A DNA stretch of 53,016 nucleotides from an uncultured delta proteobacterium (lineage in GTDB: Bacteria > Desulfobacterota > RBG-13-43-22), in the NCBI GenBank assembly GCA_963743305.1, contig CAVUPH010000040.1, forward strand, positions 1 to 53,016, written 5' to 3'. Shown in pieces: positions 9,301 to 18,403 of this stretch. Under the pieces are notes generated by a model. The model searched no databases. It was not told the origin of the DNA and saw only the letters and a program-made list of their open reading frames with translations. The position numbers were made by a program, and so were the translations under genes. Every line of letters starts with the position of its first letter. Within the stretch, counting starts at the first letter, position 1.

Positions 9301-10141
9301 TGTGTGCTTGTTTAAGTATAATGATGAGGTTGTTCAAATACCGCAACCCGCCAGCCACTTGTTCGTTGTCGACAATAATGGTTCTGGAATATAGGCTTAG
9401 GCGTTCATCTTCCGAATCTATTCGTCGCAAGGCAGCCAAAACAAAACCCCAAGCTTCACTAGGTGAATCACCTCGAACAGTGAAGGTACTGGGAGACGCT
9501 GCCAGGCGACGGATCAGCTCTTTCTCCTGTTCGCCGCGTCCGGCTGTCACGAGTTCTTCCGACAATGGCGGGTCCGTACGGTAGCTCCATTCCTCCCACG
9601 CCTGATCAGGCGTCTGGAGACCCACCTCAGGGACGATCCCCAGTTCGGCAGCGAACTGCAAATGGACGGATTGCGCAGACTCCAGCCAATCTTGGAGATC
9701 TACAGCATCGATGACCATTATGTCTTTCCAGAGCCCCTCGGCGGTCCGCTCAGTGATCCAATCATCTTTGTCCTTCCACACTCGAGGAGTGACGAATACG
9801 AAAGTTATCTGAGAGCGATCGAGCCCTTGTTTGGCCTTTGTCCCTCCATCTTCGGCCTTATCTTTGCTACGCTTCTCGTAATCCTTTTTGGCCTTTTCGC
9901 GAAAATCATCATTCGTTCCGAGCTCCCACACGGACAAACCATTCGGCACGAACCTATTTTCTTCGCCGCTAGCAACTACCCCGTCGAAACCTGGCACCCA
10001 GACCGCGTCGCCGGATGGCATCCGGAGCTTTTCTGGCTGAATGGTTGCGCAAATGAGCTTCTTAACAATATGGGGAAAACGGCTCTCCGCCGGCTTCGAG
10101 CCAGCCCAAGTCTTGAGATGGGTTGTTTCGATCAGGCGCAT
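6326..10141 (-). CDS. Large (~1270 aa) hypothetical protein: N-terminal restriction-endonuclease-like domain, degenerate NTPase-like middle, long helical C-terminus; putative defence effector
   Basis: Intact ORF; likely start MRLIETTHL at 10141; PSGD...GFDG...WELGT...K..DY.KR...FVFVTPR.W...VIDAVDLQDWL resembles a PD-(D/E)xK/Mrr-like fold (inference). Confidence 0.75.
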   Translation of the reverse strand: MRLIETTHLKTWAGSKPAESRFPHIVKKLICATIQPEKLRMPSGDAVWVPGFDGVVASGEENRFVPNGLSVWELGTNDDFREKAKKDYEKRSKDKAEDGGTKAKQGLDRSQITFVFVTPRVWKDKDDWITERTAEGLWKDIMVIDAVDLQDWLESAQSVHLQFAAELGIVPEVGLQTPDQAWEEWSYRTDPPLSEELVTAGRGEQEKELIRRLAASPSTFTVRGDSPSEAWGFVLAALRRIDSEDERLSLYSRTIIVDNEQVAGGLRYLNNLIIILKQAHNQVSGFLSSHGCHVIIPEGNDARSERNVIVLSRPTHRLFAEALERMRLPQNEAERVARACGLSITILQRQRPHANFVRPQWADAPSVPSLLPALLAGRWDNRREADREILCRLASISEYERVESQLQEFLNVDEPPLQKIGEMWTLTAPVDAFQLIARRLTAESLVRFKRAFGDVFSRIDPKVDIPPDEWLYQDIKGDQGHSGWLRSGMAETLLLIAERGQDARLVCIQSPHTFADEVVRDLPGLNDDWRVIASLRDQYPRLMEASPGPFLDGLEQLLEAKPDDLRRLFAEGEGIFGGGAMHTGLLWALEILAWSTDYLTRVSLLLAKIASLDPGGRMANRPINSLREIFLWWHLGTNASLEQRLAVIDLILVREPGVGWELLENLLPKSISSISHPTAKPRWRDFGAIPADIRSRRGEFQYLSEIVERALARIGTDPSRWRAILSSLRKFSSAHQERAMGLLNDIAQGPLPTPLRAAFWEMLRDFTYEHRTFRNADWALAEGLVDQLEMILERLSPDDPIERNRWLFDEWFPDLPSGETEHKQREQKVKELREQAIKIILQTRGLEGVVRLGTISKVPGFVASIVVSLTGDIESIHRLIKMAILAGKPGLFLAGQISGQAQKIFGESWCNSVIKLAKEGAWSPTVIASLLILWPDERPTWEDALALGEDVAAEYWRGKFVFNIEGTPEDQTYQIDRLIEAGRAAEAFDRVAMKEEGVPTESLLRLFDATINELVQAKTADDVKKLGLNSYDMRHYLDNLRKRVDLPREELARKEYQALPLLGTMNAGGLAIHDFMANDPNFFVEVLCDVFLPAHRDKNNDIEPTPEVKARAQTGYRLLKAMDSIPGQREGGQLDEEALLHWINAVREKAIAVDRAAIADQYIGKILAHASPDSEDGGWPHQIIRRVIERLGADEIEDGLRIERYNMRGTVTKALYEGGGQERALADKYHGWAEISRLKWPRMARMLDAISKGYQEDAQQEDIRAEQDKLR

Positions 10142-10469
10142 CTTAGAATCGTAAAAAAGGGTTGGACCCAATGCACGGCTTGGTCGACCATTCTTCCCTG
10201 TCCGGGGCCATTTTCTGTTCGTCCTTTGGGGATGGCAGGGGATGATGGCTTTGAAGACCGATCGGAATTCACCGGATGGTGATTGGCGGATAGGAAACGT
10301 CCCATAGCGGGTAGGCAGGGAGCGAACGCTGGCATTCGTAACTCCCATGGGCGCCGGAAAAGCGGCAAACCTTCTTAGCGGGTCGGGTTAAAAATTAGGA
10401 AAAGTTGTTGGACCTTTCTTAGTAAATTCCAGTCACATTTTTTGGAGGTTTGGTAGGAATTTTCTTTCG

Positions 10470-10522
10470 ATTTTAATTCGAAAAAATAGGGTTGTCAAGG
10501 ATTTTTGCTGTAAATCCAATTG
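10470..10522 (-). promoter_or_regulatory. Repeated promoter unit, copy 1 (TTGGATTTACAGCAAAAATCC-TTGACA...TAAAAT)
   Basis: Near-identical to 14776..14830 and 23706..23757; sigma70-like -35 and -10 at canonical spacing on the minus strand. Confidence 0.65.
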
Positions 10523-10571
10523 AATAAGGATACTGTCCCGGATGGCCTCAAAGGCCACCTTAAACTGGATA

Positions 10572-11411
10572 TCACATTTTTAATGATCCCAGGAGGTCTT
10601 GAAAGATGCTAAGGGTATACTCTCTGAATTGCTCATCGGTCAGTTGGGGAAAGGCGCCTTTCGGACGCTGGTTTAAAACCATGAGGATTCCGTCGGCTGT
10701 CAGATCAGAGAAGTTTTTCTGGAGGTTCTTGGTGAAACGTGAAAACCAGGAAGGATACGTCCATTCAAAGACCTTTAGCCCCCCGATGATCCGTTCCTTG
10801 AACTCAGGGCAGTTGGCCAGGATGTCGAATAGGTAGTAGAGATCTTTTGCCTTCCTCTGCCTGTCCTTGCGACGTTCAAACACCAATCCTTTATGGAAGA
10901 TGTAGGCTTCCGGTGAAGGCACTTTGACTCTGAGCGGGCAATATCCTCCCCCGATCCGGAGATCATCAATGGTCACCTCAATAGCATGGATAATCGATAT
11001 GGATATGAATCTCAAGGCCTCGGCATGAAGCCCTTGCTGGACTTCAATGACGATATCATCCCTGGCCCCTCGCTGATCCGTCAGAAATTCTACTTCGACC
11101 TCCTCTCCATCGATTGCCCCCTCATAGTGTACTACTGGGGGGATAGCTGAACTCTTGAAGATTGCCTTGAAGCCCGCCTCCAAAAGCAACGTGTCCACTG
11201 ATTTCTCTCCAACCATGGGAACTTGAATGTCCACCAGGAGATCAATATCCCTAGTCCTGATCGGCTCTCTGGATTTGTCTCCCAGGAGATAATGATAATA
11301 CAGGAGAGGCGCCCATCCACCTCCGACAACAATCTCAGGAAGATAGTCCCTGAGAATCCAGAGGGTCTTTAGGAACCCGGATTTGAAATCTTCAGGCATG
11401 AAATCTTTCAA
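10572..11411 (-). CDS. Nucleotidyltransferase, GSU2403/AbiEii-like type IV toxin
   Basis: VVGGGWA...RTRDIDL, EVEFLT, P.PEAYIFHK....RRK...KAKD motifs; overlaps the upstream antitoxin stop. Confidence 0.8.
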   Translation of the reverse strand: MKDFMPEDFKSGFLKTLWILRDYLPEIVVGGGWAPLLYYHYLLGDKSREPIRTRDIDLLVDIQVPMVGEKSVDTLLLEAGFKAIFKSSAIPPVVHYEGAIDGEEVEVEFLTDQRGARDDIVIEVQQGLHAEALRFISISIIHAIEVTIDDLRIGGGYCPLRVKVPSPEAYIFHKGLVFERRKDRQRKAKDLYYLFDILANCPEFKERIIGGLKVFEWTYPSWFSRFTKNLQKNFSDLTADGILMVLNQRPKGAFPQLTDEQFREYTLSIFQDLLGSLKM

Positions 11412-12487
11412 CCCTCGATGATTTGTTTCAAGCGTTTCTCATAGAGATGCTCTGCTTGCTCCAGGCCCCGGATAGGGTAGTTGTACAGGTCAAGATAGAG
11501 CTGGAGATCCGAAACCACCCAAAGGTTTCCGATTTTTTGTTTATCATAAAAGACCGAATGCTTGTAATAAGGCAATAGGAATATAACATTGGCCCCCTCT
11601 CCGGCCTCCCTCAATTTCAGTTTTTCCACGAAGGGGTTGATACCGGCTTTGTTTTGGATGTAGATGTGCACCTCATTATAGACGGCATAGGGGGCTATAA
11701 TACCGGCCCCGGCATGAAGCCCTAGTCCGTACGGAACATCAGGCGGGATTCGAGCGGCGATCAGCTTATCTATCACCTCCTCGGGGCCTTTGGCCAGGCA
11801 GAAGTATCGAACTTCCTCGTTCCTCTTGTAGTCGTATTCCCGGACCCAGTCTTCCAGAAGACTTTTAGGATTTCGGAATTTCAGTTTGGAATCGATGCGG
11901 GACAGGTAATTCCTTTTTTCAAGCTCCTGTGCCATCCGGGAGACAAAACCGGCATCGACTCCAATCGATTGAGCCAACTCCCGGACACCCCATATTTTTC
12001 CAATATCCGAAAAAGCCGCCCTGAGAATAAGCGAGGCCTTGTCGGAAAAAGGACTTCTTCCCTTTCTTATTTCGGGAAAGCGGCTGGGAAAGCCGATGCG
12101 TTCTATATGCAAGCCGTCATACTCCAGGAAGACATTACCCGATAGGTCCAAGAAACAGCAACCCTGATCCTGACACTGCTTCCTTTGATCGGGGCTCAGG
12201 TATTTCCCCACCACCAGAGGAACTAAGCCTTCACCCTCGCGGGCCTGGGATTTCAGAAGGGATAGTTTTGCCCTGAAGATCGAAGAGCTCTGCTGGGCGA
12301 TGATTTCCCCGATCAATTTGAATTGCACTTTCTTGTAAGAGACACGGGCCATGAAATCCGGTGCCCATTCTTTACCTTTGGACACTGGGGTCTCAAAGTG
12401 GATCCTTAGCCCTCGGAGAGGGAGGAGATCTCCAATGTGATTCTTCAAGTAATCAAGTATCTCCAGCTCGCCCATTGTTGCCTCCAA
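11408..12487 (-). CDS. Type IV TA antitoxin, AbiEi-like (DUF2186/AbiEi_2-type) HTH protein
   Basis: FLDLSGN, HTH WGVRELAQSIGVDAGFVSR, LLEDW..EY, VSDLQLYLDL...RGLEQAEHL. Confidence 0.8.
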   Translation of the reverse strand: MEATMGELEILDYLKNHIGDLLPLRGLRIHFETPVSKGKEWAPDFMARVSYKKVQFKLIGEIIAQQSSSIFRAKLSLLKSQAREGEGLVPLVVGKYLSPDQRKQCQDQGCCFLDLSGNVFLEYDGLHIERIGFPSRFPEIRKGRSPFSDKASLILRAAFSDIGKIWGVRELAQSIGVDAGFVSRMAQELEKRNYLSRIDSKLKFRNPKSLLEDWVREYDYKRNEEVRYFCLAKGPEEVIDKLIAARIPPDVPYGLGLHAGAGIIAPYAVYNEVHIYIQNKAGINPFVEKLKLREAGEGANVIFLLPYYKHSVFYDKQKIGNLWVVSDLQLYLDLYNYPIRGLEQAEHLYEKRLKQIIEG

Positions 12488-12494
12488 AATTTAA

Positions 12495-12541
12495 GTTGTC
12501 CATTTGGACAACAGAATAAATAAAAACAACAATAATGTCAA
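12495..12541 (-). promoter_or_regulatory. Sigma70 promoter with a probable autoregulatory operator for the AbiE-like operon
   Basis: TTGACA (12541-12536), 17 nt, TATTCT (12518-12513), followed directly by the palindrome GTTGTCCA-TT-TGGACAAC (12495-12512). Confidence 0.7.
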
Positions 12542-12722
12542 ATGAAAACACTTTCTTGGTGAAGCATAACACCGGATGTCCCCCCATTCTATGTGAGAGT
12601 CAAGGAACGCGAAAAGGACAAAAAGACCTGAAAATGGAGGAGGAAAAGTCCGGAGGGCAATAGTGTGGGAGAACGTAGGAGAGACTCTTGGTTAGGTTCA
12701 ACGTCTAGGCGGGGAGAATTGT

Positions 12723-14678
12723 TCAAGCGGGGGTTGGAGTCGATAGATCCTTTCGCAACGTCGGCCTGCCCGATTCGACCAGCGTTAATTTGGGTTCTTG
12801 CTCGATGGCCGCATTAAGCTCACGCATCACGCGGTCGTCGATCTCCGCGGCATTCTGCAGCGCAACCGGAAACCGCACCGTTACCTCAATCCCTGCGGCG
12901 GTGAAGTGAAGACTCGTCTTGGGCATCAATTCAATCGTGTGGATTGAGCTCAGGGTCTGTTCCATACGACGCATTTGTCGTTCCATCTCCGGGCGATAGT
13001 CTTTCAGTGCGGTATCAATGGCGGTTTCGATCCGTTCATGAACCAGGCGGTAATTACTCTCGGGCGAAAACGTGAGGTTGACCTCATGCCAGACGAAACT
13101 GGCGCCCGAAATTTGCTTGAAGACACCGGAGGAGGGCTGAAACACGATGGAGTTCGCGAAAGCCACCACCCGACCGCTGGGTTGGGCATCCGGTCCCGCC
13201 GCTGCCGAGTTCGAGCAGATGGAGTCGGACGAGTCCTATGTCGACCACTTCTCCGGTTACCCCGGAGATTTGTACCCGATCGCCAACTCGAATGCCGTAT
13301 TTTCCGATCAAGAAGAAATAGCCGGCGACTGACAGGATCACGCTCTGCATAGCCACCGCCACTCCGGCGGTGAGGAGACCCGCGAAGGTGGCCACGGATC
13401 CCAATTCGGTAGTAAAGGTGAAGGCGATGATTACACCGACTGCCAGCCAGATAAGGATCTTCCCCAGCAACAGGAATTGGTAGCGGCGGCGTGTCTCTTG
13501 GATGTAGCGCAAGATGGCCCGCGCCAGGCCTCTCCGGCAATAAATACCAGGGCAATGATGATCACGAGAACAGCCAGCCGTACCAGGAAGCCGCGCAGCT
13601 TATCGCCGTACTCTTGGCGCACGGTGACACGCCAACTGGTGAGCGTCCCTTTATAAAGGTTGAGCAGGATATTTTGTTTACGGAGAGGCAAGAGCCCGGC
13701 CGAGCCCTGCTTGAACTGGGCCGTGAGCGCATCCAGTTGGTTTTTCTGTTGCGCGAGGACAGTGGGATCCTGGGATGGCGGCTGGTTCGCCAGTTGATCT
13801 CCGCTCCGAATCAGGCCTCTGAGATTTTCCAGCAGCGGTTGACGCAATTGCTTGGCGGTTTGCACGAGCTGATCGGTGGATCGGATCTGCTGGTCAATCG
13901 TGCGCGTTTTGCGGGACAGCCGCAGCAGGTCGGCGGCCAGTCCCCAGATCCCGGAGGGTTGTGGCCTGGCCGCGAGCGGGGCCGGCCTGGCGGAGGTCTT
14001 TCCGGTAGTGTTTTGCTCCGGAGCATTGTCCTCCGCACCGCTGAGGACTTCAGGCACCAAACGCACCAATTCCTCGATCTGGGCCCGCAGTCCGGCGGCG
14101 CCCTTGCCCTGATTGCTGGTCTCGGTGGTAAACTTGAGGATCTCGCGCAGGGCTTCGCGACGAGCCTGGCGGAACGCCAGTTCGCTTTGCGTCTCCGCGA
14201 ATAGAGACTCAAGCGCCGGGCGCATTTTCCGCGGAACGGTCTCCAGCTTTTGTCGAAGCGATTGCAGTTCGTTTTGCGACTGCTCCACCTGTTGATCGGC
14301 TTTGGCCACCGCCTGAATCAAGCGTTGATGCGGAGAGGGGGCCTCAGCCTGGTCTGGTGTCTGCTTGCCCTGAGGCGGCTTGGATTCGCTCTGTTCTACC
14401 AGACGGGCGAAGTCGAAGGCGAGTTGCACGATCTGCCTGGAAATCCGGCGATTCTCATCCGCAAAGGTCATATCGCCCGGTTCATTGGCAATCTGTTGCT
14501 CGACGACCGTTCCCCGATACCAGTTGATGGTTTCCGTCAAATAGGTAATGACGGCGGGGACCTGGGAAGTACTTTCGGGCGGATTTTGGGAGAAGGTCAG
14601 ACTACTGCCCAGACAGGCGACGAGAACGATTAGGAAACTGACCAGCCTTCGGACGGTCCGTTGACGCGGGAAAGTCAT
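12723..14678 (-). pseudogene. MscS-family mechanosensitive channel with a large periplasmic coiled-coil N-terminus, two frameshifts
   Basis: Three consecutive ORFs; signal peptide, coiled coil, TM helices, GIRVGDRVQISGVTGEVVDIGL; single-base shifts near 13520 and 13190 restore WRRAILRYI and QPSGRVVAFANS. Confidence 0.8.
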
Positions 14679-14775
14679 AAAGTACTCGAATGATCCGCAA
14701 GATTTTGGCCTTTAAGACTTAAAGCAGAGGCACTACCGAACCTCCTGCCAGACCAGACCGCGGTCAGGAGAGTTT

Positions 14776-14830
14776 GACTTTATGGCTAAAAAAAGGTGTT
14801 GTCAAGGATCTTTGCTGTAAATCCAATTAA
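14776..14830 (-). promoter_or_regulatory. Repeated promoter unit, copy 2 (TTGGATTTACAGCAAAGATCC-TTGACA...TAAAGT)
   Basis: GTTGTCAAGGATCTTTGCTGTAAATCCAATT matches 10491-10521. Confidence 0.65.
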
Positions 14831-15007
14831 ATGGGGGATTGCTTGGTAGCCGGTCCCCGGCGTGGCTTCTCGCAATGGCCGTGCCGGGGATCTTATGTGA
14901 GAGAATTTCCCCAAACCGATTCGGGGATGACTATCCAACTTTACATATTTGTGGAATTACATTATCCTTTTACTAAAAGAGACAACTCAAAAATGGAGGA
15001 GGATATT

Positions 15008-15253
15008 ATGCTGTCAACCTATATACAAAAAGCTCTTGAAAAAGCTCAATATAAACAATTGGATGACGGAACTTGGTTTGCCGAAATCCCTGACTTTCAA
15101 GGAGTCTGGGCCAATAAAGCGAATGTCGAGGAATGTCGCCAAGAATTAGTGGAAGTTCTTGAAGAATGGCTGGTCCTGAAAATAAGGGACCGAGATTTTA
15201 TTCCGACAATCGAAGGAGTGGGGATTGCAATCCGAGAGGTTGCGGCGGCCTAA
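15008..15253 (+). CDS. hicB: HicB family antitoxin
   Basis: MLSTYIQKAL..AQY...DGTWFAEIP.FQGVWA....EECRQEL.EVLEEW; GGAGG RBS. Confidence 0.88.
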   Translation: MLSTYIQKALEKAQYKQLDDGTWFAEIPDFQGVWANKANVEECRQELVEVLEEWLVLKIRDRDFIPTIEGVGIAIREVAAA

Positions 15254-15466
15254 ATGGTACCGAGTCTCCCGCGAAAAGAATTGATAAGAAAGTTTAGGGA
15301 GTTGGGTTTCAGTGGCCCCTATTCCGGGGGAAAACATCAATTCATGGTCAAAGGAAGTTTAAAAATCAGGATTCCCAATCCTCATGGAAGCAATATCGGA
15401 CTTGGCCTTATCCGGGAAATTCTCCGCCAAGCTGGTGTCTCCCCGGAAGACTGGGAGAAAGCCTAA
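15254..15466 (+). CDS. hicA: HicA family toxin
   Basis: ELIRKFR.LGF.GP.SGGKHQFM.KG...IPNPH..IG.GL..EILRQAG. Confidence 0.88.
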   Translation: MVPSLPRKELIRKFRELGFSGPYSGGKHQFMVKGSLKIRIPNPHGSNIGLGLIREILRQAGVSPEDWEKA

Positions 15467-15669
15467 GCGATTCAACCCCACCTTCAGTTCATTATCTTCA
15501 TTCCTTCGTACCTCTTACTTCCTGGTTGACCTTTCTTCCTTCTTCTTTCATGAGTTTATCCGCCCATTTCGGCACAAGGAAATCAAGACCAACACTTCTC
15601 AACAGAAGCCAAACCCAGCGGGTGCGGCCGGATACGAACACGATAATATTTGCTTGAAAGCAAAATAAT

Positions 15670-16266
15670 TTGCTATTTTTTTTGCTTTCAGGCATCCGGG
15701 ACCTGGCCTCCGTGGAACGGATGGCCGATCTGCTCGCCGAGCGGGTCGGGTCCCTGCTGTCCCTCCAGTCCCTACGCGAAGACCTGGAAGTCAGCCATCG
15801 GGCCGTTACCCACTGGCTCGAGATTCTGGAACGGTTGTATTACTGCTTTTACGTCTCACCTTACAGCGCCCGCCCGATCCGTTCTTTGAAAAAGGCCTCC
15901 AAATCCTATCTTTGGGACTGGTCGGGCATCACCGGAGAAGGCGCCCGTTTCGATAACCTGACCGCCGGTCATTTACTGAAACTGAAGCATACCCTGGAAG
16001 ATCAGGAAGGCTATCGCATCGGACTTCATTATTTGCGGGACGTAGATAAACGGGAAGTGGACTTTCTGGTTACCGCCGAGGGGAAGCCCTGGTTTGCCGT
16101 GGAGTGCAAAATTTCGGATCGAACGGCTTCGTCCGCCCTGCGTTACTTCGGGGATCGCCTGCAAATCCCCTGGGTGTACCAAATCACCTTGCAGGGGAAG
16201 GAAGACGTCCTGGACGGACCGGTTCGGGTCCTGCCGGCGGCGAAATTCCTGGCGGCGTTGCCTTAA
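15670..16266 (+). pseudogene. C-terminal fragment of an AAA_14/DUF4143 ATP-binding protein
   Basis: IRDL...LLAERVGSLLS...RSLKK..K.YLWDW...YLRDVDKREVDF...AVECK; N-terminal P-loop domain absent. Confidence 0.8.
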
Positions 16267-16303
16267 TTTTTTCAGGCAAACTCCGATCTCTGCCGCCTCA
16301 AGG

Positions 16304-16756
16304 TCACAAGTCCTCTTTAATTGGAAGCTCTAATAGGCGCACATCATCAAGATCAACAGCCCTCCCTGCCGCTTTTTTTGAAGAAATTAAATCGTCTCGG
16401 GAGGCGACATAAAAGATCTGTCCTTGATATTCCAGTGTCTGACGACTACTCCAGGCGTCTTGGAAAGTCAAACCCGGGGTCGATGTTTGAACATCGATAC
16501 GAACGCGATCTTTGAAAATGGTTATTTCGTTAGAAAGGATTTCATCAACAGTGGTGAGGGATGCGGTTCCCAGTCCAGCATCTAAAAGTGCATCGAGGAG
16601 GTGTTGGGTATTTTCGGGAGTGGCTTCAATAAGAATATCTAAATCAAATGTCGCTCTTGGGACTCCATAAAGAACGGCAGCAATGCCGTCGATGACAATA
16701 TATCTAACCTCATGCTTTTGAAAGGATTCGAACACGTCCTTGAGGCGATTGAGCAT
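16304..16756 (-). CDS. Nucleotidyltransferase (DUF6036-like)
   Basis: YIVIDGIAAVLYGVPRATFDLDI and LISSKKAAGRAVDLDD. Confidence 0.8.
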   Translation of the reverse strand: MLNRLKDVFESFQKHEVRYIVIDGIAAVLYGVPRATFDLDILIEATPENTQHLLDALLDAGLGTASLTTVDEILSNEITIFKDRVRIDVQTSTPGLTFQDAWSSRQTLEYQGQIFYVASRDDLISSKKAAGRAVDLDDVRLLELPIKEDL

Positions 16757-16907
16757 CTTTTTTTCCTGCTAAGTCAGGGTTGATTTCTAATGCCAAGTCC
16801 GTGTAATTGCAAAATATTTCCATCCTTTCCGACATGGGAAGGGCGCGGAACCAGCGAACTTTAGCTTCAATCGATTCGTCGTCCATATCATGAGAAACCT
16901 TTTTCAT
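16710..16907 (-). CDS. Small hypothetical protein, probable partner of the nucleotidyltransferase
   Basis: 65 aa, overlaps the NTase gene; WFRALPMSERM pattern typical of such pairs. Confidence 0.65.
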   Translation of the reverse strand: MKKVSHDMDDESIEAKVRWFRALPMSERMEIFCNYTDLALEINPDLAGKKDAQSPQGRVRILSKA

Positions 16908-17109
16908 ATTGGCAAGTTACCAATTTCCAGCTTTTTTTTCAACTGATATCGGTTGCCAAAAATGTCAGCCCGCATCAGAATAAATGTCTCACTTCTGTCT
17001 CCTCAAAGGCTTTTTTACGGCTGGTGACTCCATTTCTCCAGTTTATCCTTTGTCGTGACTTTATCTTCCTGTTTATCGCTTCTTCCAATAGTTCATCTGG
17101 ACATTTGCC

Positions 17110-17385
17110 CCAATGAGCCAGGCCCCCCCCGGGGCGCTGAGGCAGGACACGCTGGAGCGCGGCTGCCATCTTTTGGACGTCATCCGACTGGGAGGCCAGC
17201 TCTTTGTCCTTTTGATCGATTGGTGTGGGAGTGGCGGGCATGAATGGGCTCGATCTGCCGGCCGCCTAAATCAATGGTCAATCTATCGCCTTCGGCCAAA
17301 ACGGGGTAGGCCGCCGTCGTTCCTTCCATGTCCTTCCGGGTCAGACCGTAGCCCATGATATTCTTCAGGGTCTCCGAGGGCGCTA
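17110..17385 (-). pseudogene. Probable remnant of an MBL-fold hydrolase fused to the 3' end of the DUF1847 gene
   Basis: YGLT..DMEGT..AYP...GDRLTIDLGGRQIE.IH..HSHT resembles the second half of an MBL fold; the DUF1847 ORF reads into it without a normal stop. Confidence 0.4.
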
Positions 17386-18101
17386 TCTTCAATCTCAACC
17401 GGTTGGCTCTGCAGCCTCTGGTAGTAGAAATTCTGGCCGTAAAGGACACTCACCGGATTATGTCCGGTGACCCGGTCCTTGACCACCAGGGTGGTGACCG
17501 GCGCTTCCGAGTATTTGTTGAACAGCATGTCATGACCGACGCAGAGGCCGACGATCACGTTCATGTCGGTTTGGGCCCGGTTCAGGAGTTTGGCCTGGGC
17601 CACCGGATTGCAGGCCGGTTCAAAGGTACCCGGCCGGACCTTCTCGGATTCTTTCAGTCCCAGTTCCAGCTTATCGATGCTGCCGGCCTTGCAGCAGACG
17701 CTGATCGGGTTGAAACCCTGGGCCTTGAGGATGGCCGCCAGCCGGTTGGTCTCATCGAGCAGACCGATACAAGTCGCAATGCCGATTTTTTCGTAGCCCA
17801 TGAGTTTGGCAAAGGCGATGGTATCCTCGACCCGGGTCCAACGGGGCTTCAAGGCCTGGCTTCCCGGCACCTGCTGATAGCAGAGGCCTTCCACTTTGGC
17901 CGCCACCTGGGCCATTCGGGCGTCCGCGCTGTCGCCTTGGTAGAGGTCAAAACTTTCCTGGATTACTTCCAAATGGTCCTTGGAAGGGCAATTCCCCGGT
18001 TGGGGAGGACCGGTTTCCGGATCGTTGCTCCAGCAATGGGTGGTGCCGCTCTTCTGCCAGACTTTGCTGCACTGGCTGCAGGAAAAATTGGTATTCGTCA
18101 T
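17283..18101 (-). CDS. DUF1847 family Cys-rich metal-binding protein (3' end probably altered by fusion)
   Basis: CSQC, TRVEDTIAFA..MG..KIGIATCIGL, SVCCKAG, CNPVAQA.LLN, GLCVGHDMLF, KDRVTGHNP; likely start MTNTNF at 18101. Confidence 0.88.
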   Translation of the reverse strand: MTNTNFSCSQCSKVWQKSGTTHCWSNDPETGPPQPGNCPSKDHLEVIQESFDLYQGDSADARMAQVAAKVEGLCYQQVPGSQALKPRWTRVEDTIAFAKLMGYEKIGIATCIGLLDETNRLAAILKAQGFNPISVCCKAGSIDKLELGLKESEKVRPGTFEPACNPVAQAKLLNRAQTDMNVIVGLCVGHDMLFNKYSEAPVTTLVVKDRVTGHNPVSVLYGQNFYYQRLQSQPVEIEDSALGDPEEYHGLRSDPEGHGRNDGGLPRFGRRR

Positions 18102-18315
18102 CGTCTTGGCTGGCCCTTTCATGAGATAAATTATGCTGCCGGTCCCGGCCCGGGTTCTCAATCTTCCAAATCCTACTGATCTCCTTTTAAATGTCAATAA
18201 AATCTCGGACGAGAGTTTTTTCATCGATTGAGGGGGCCGAGAGAACGAACGGGGCCGCTTCCGGAAGCGGTCCTTTCATTTTTTTATAAATTTGCTTTTG
18301 GTGGGCCTTAATTTC

Positions 18316-18371
18316 TTGACTCGTTCCGAGTGATCTAATATAAGATACTATGTCAAAAAAGACATAGTATC
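18316..18371 (+). promoter_or_regulatory. Sigma70 promoter with a perfect palindromic operator GATACTATGTC-N6-GACATAGTATC
   Basis: TTGACT (18316-21), 17 nt, TATAAG (18339-44); palindrome 18344-18371; the same core recurs upstream of both FDH genes. Confidence 0.7.
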
Positions 18372-18403
18372 GGGCCAAGACTGACTGATGGAAAGGCGAA
18401 CCG

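Noticed and set aside
10142-10348. 69-aa N-terminal extension of the large ORF (and similar extensions on hicB, sat, aprB, mobB, rhuM, fdnG)
   Set aside because: Upstream in-frame starts lack family-like sequence; the downstream ATGs have better RBS or motif context
2212-16907. Integron cassette array
   Set aside because: No intI, no convincing recurring attC structure, and mixed gene orientation
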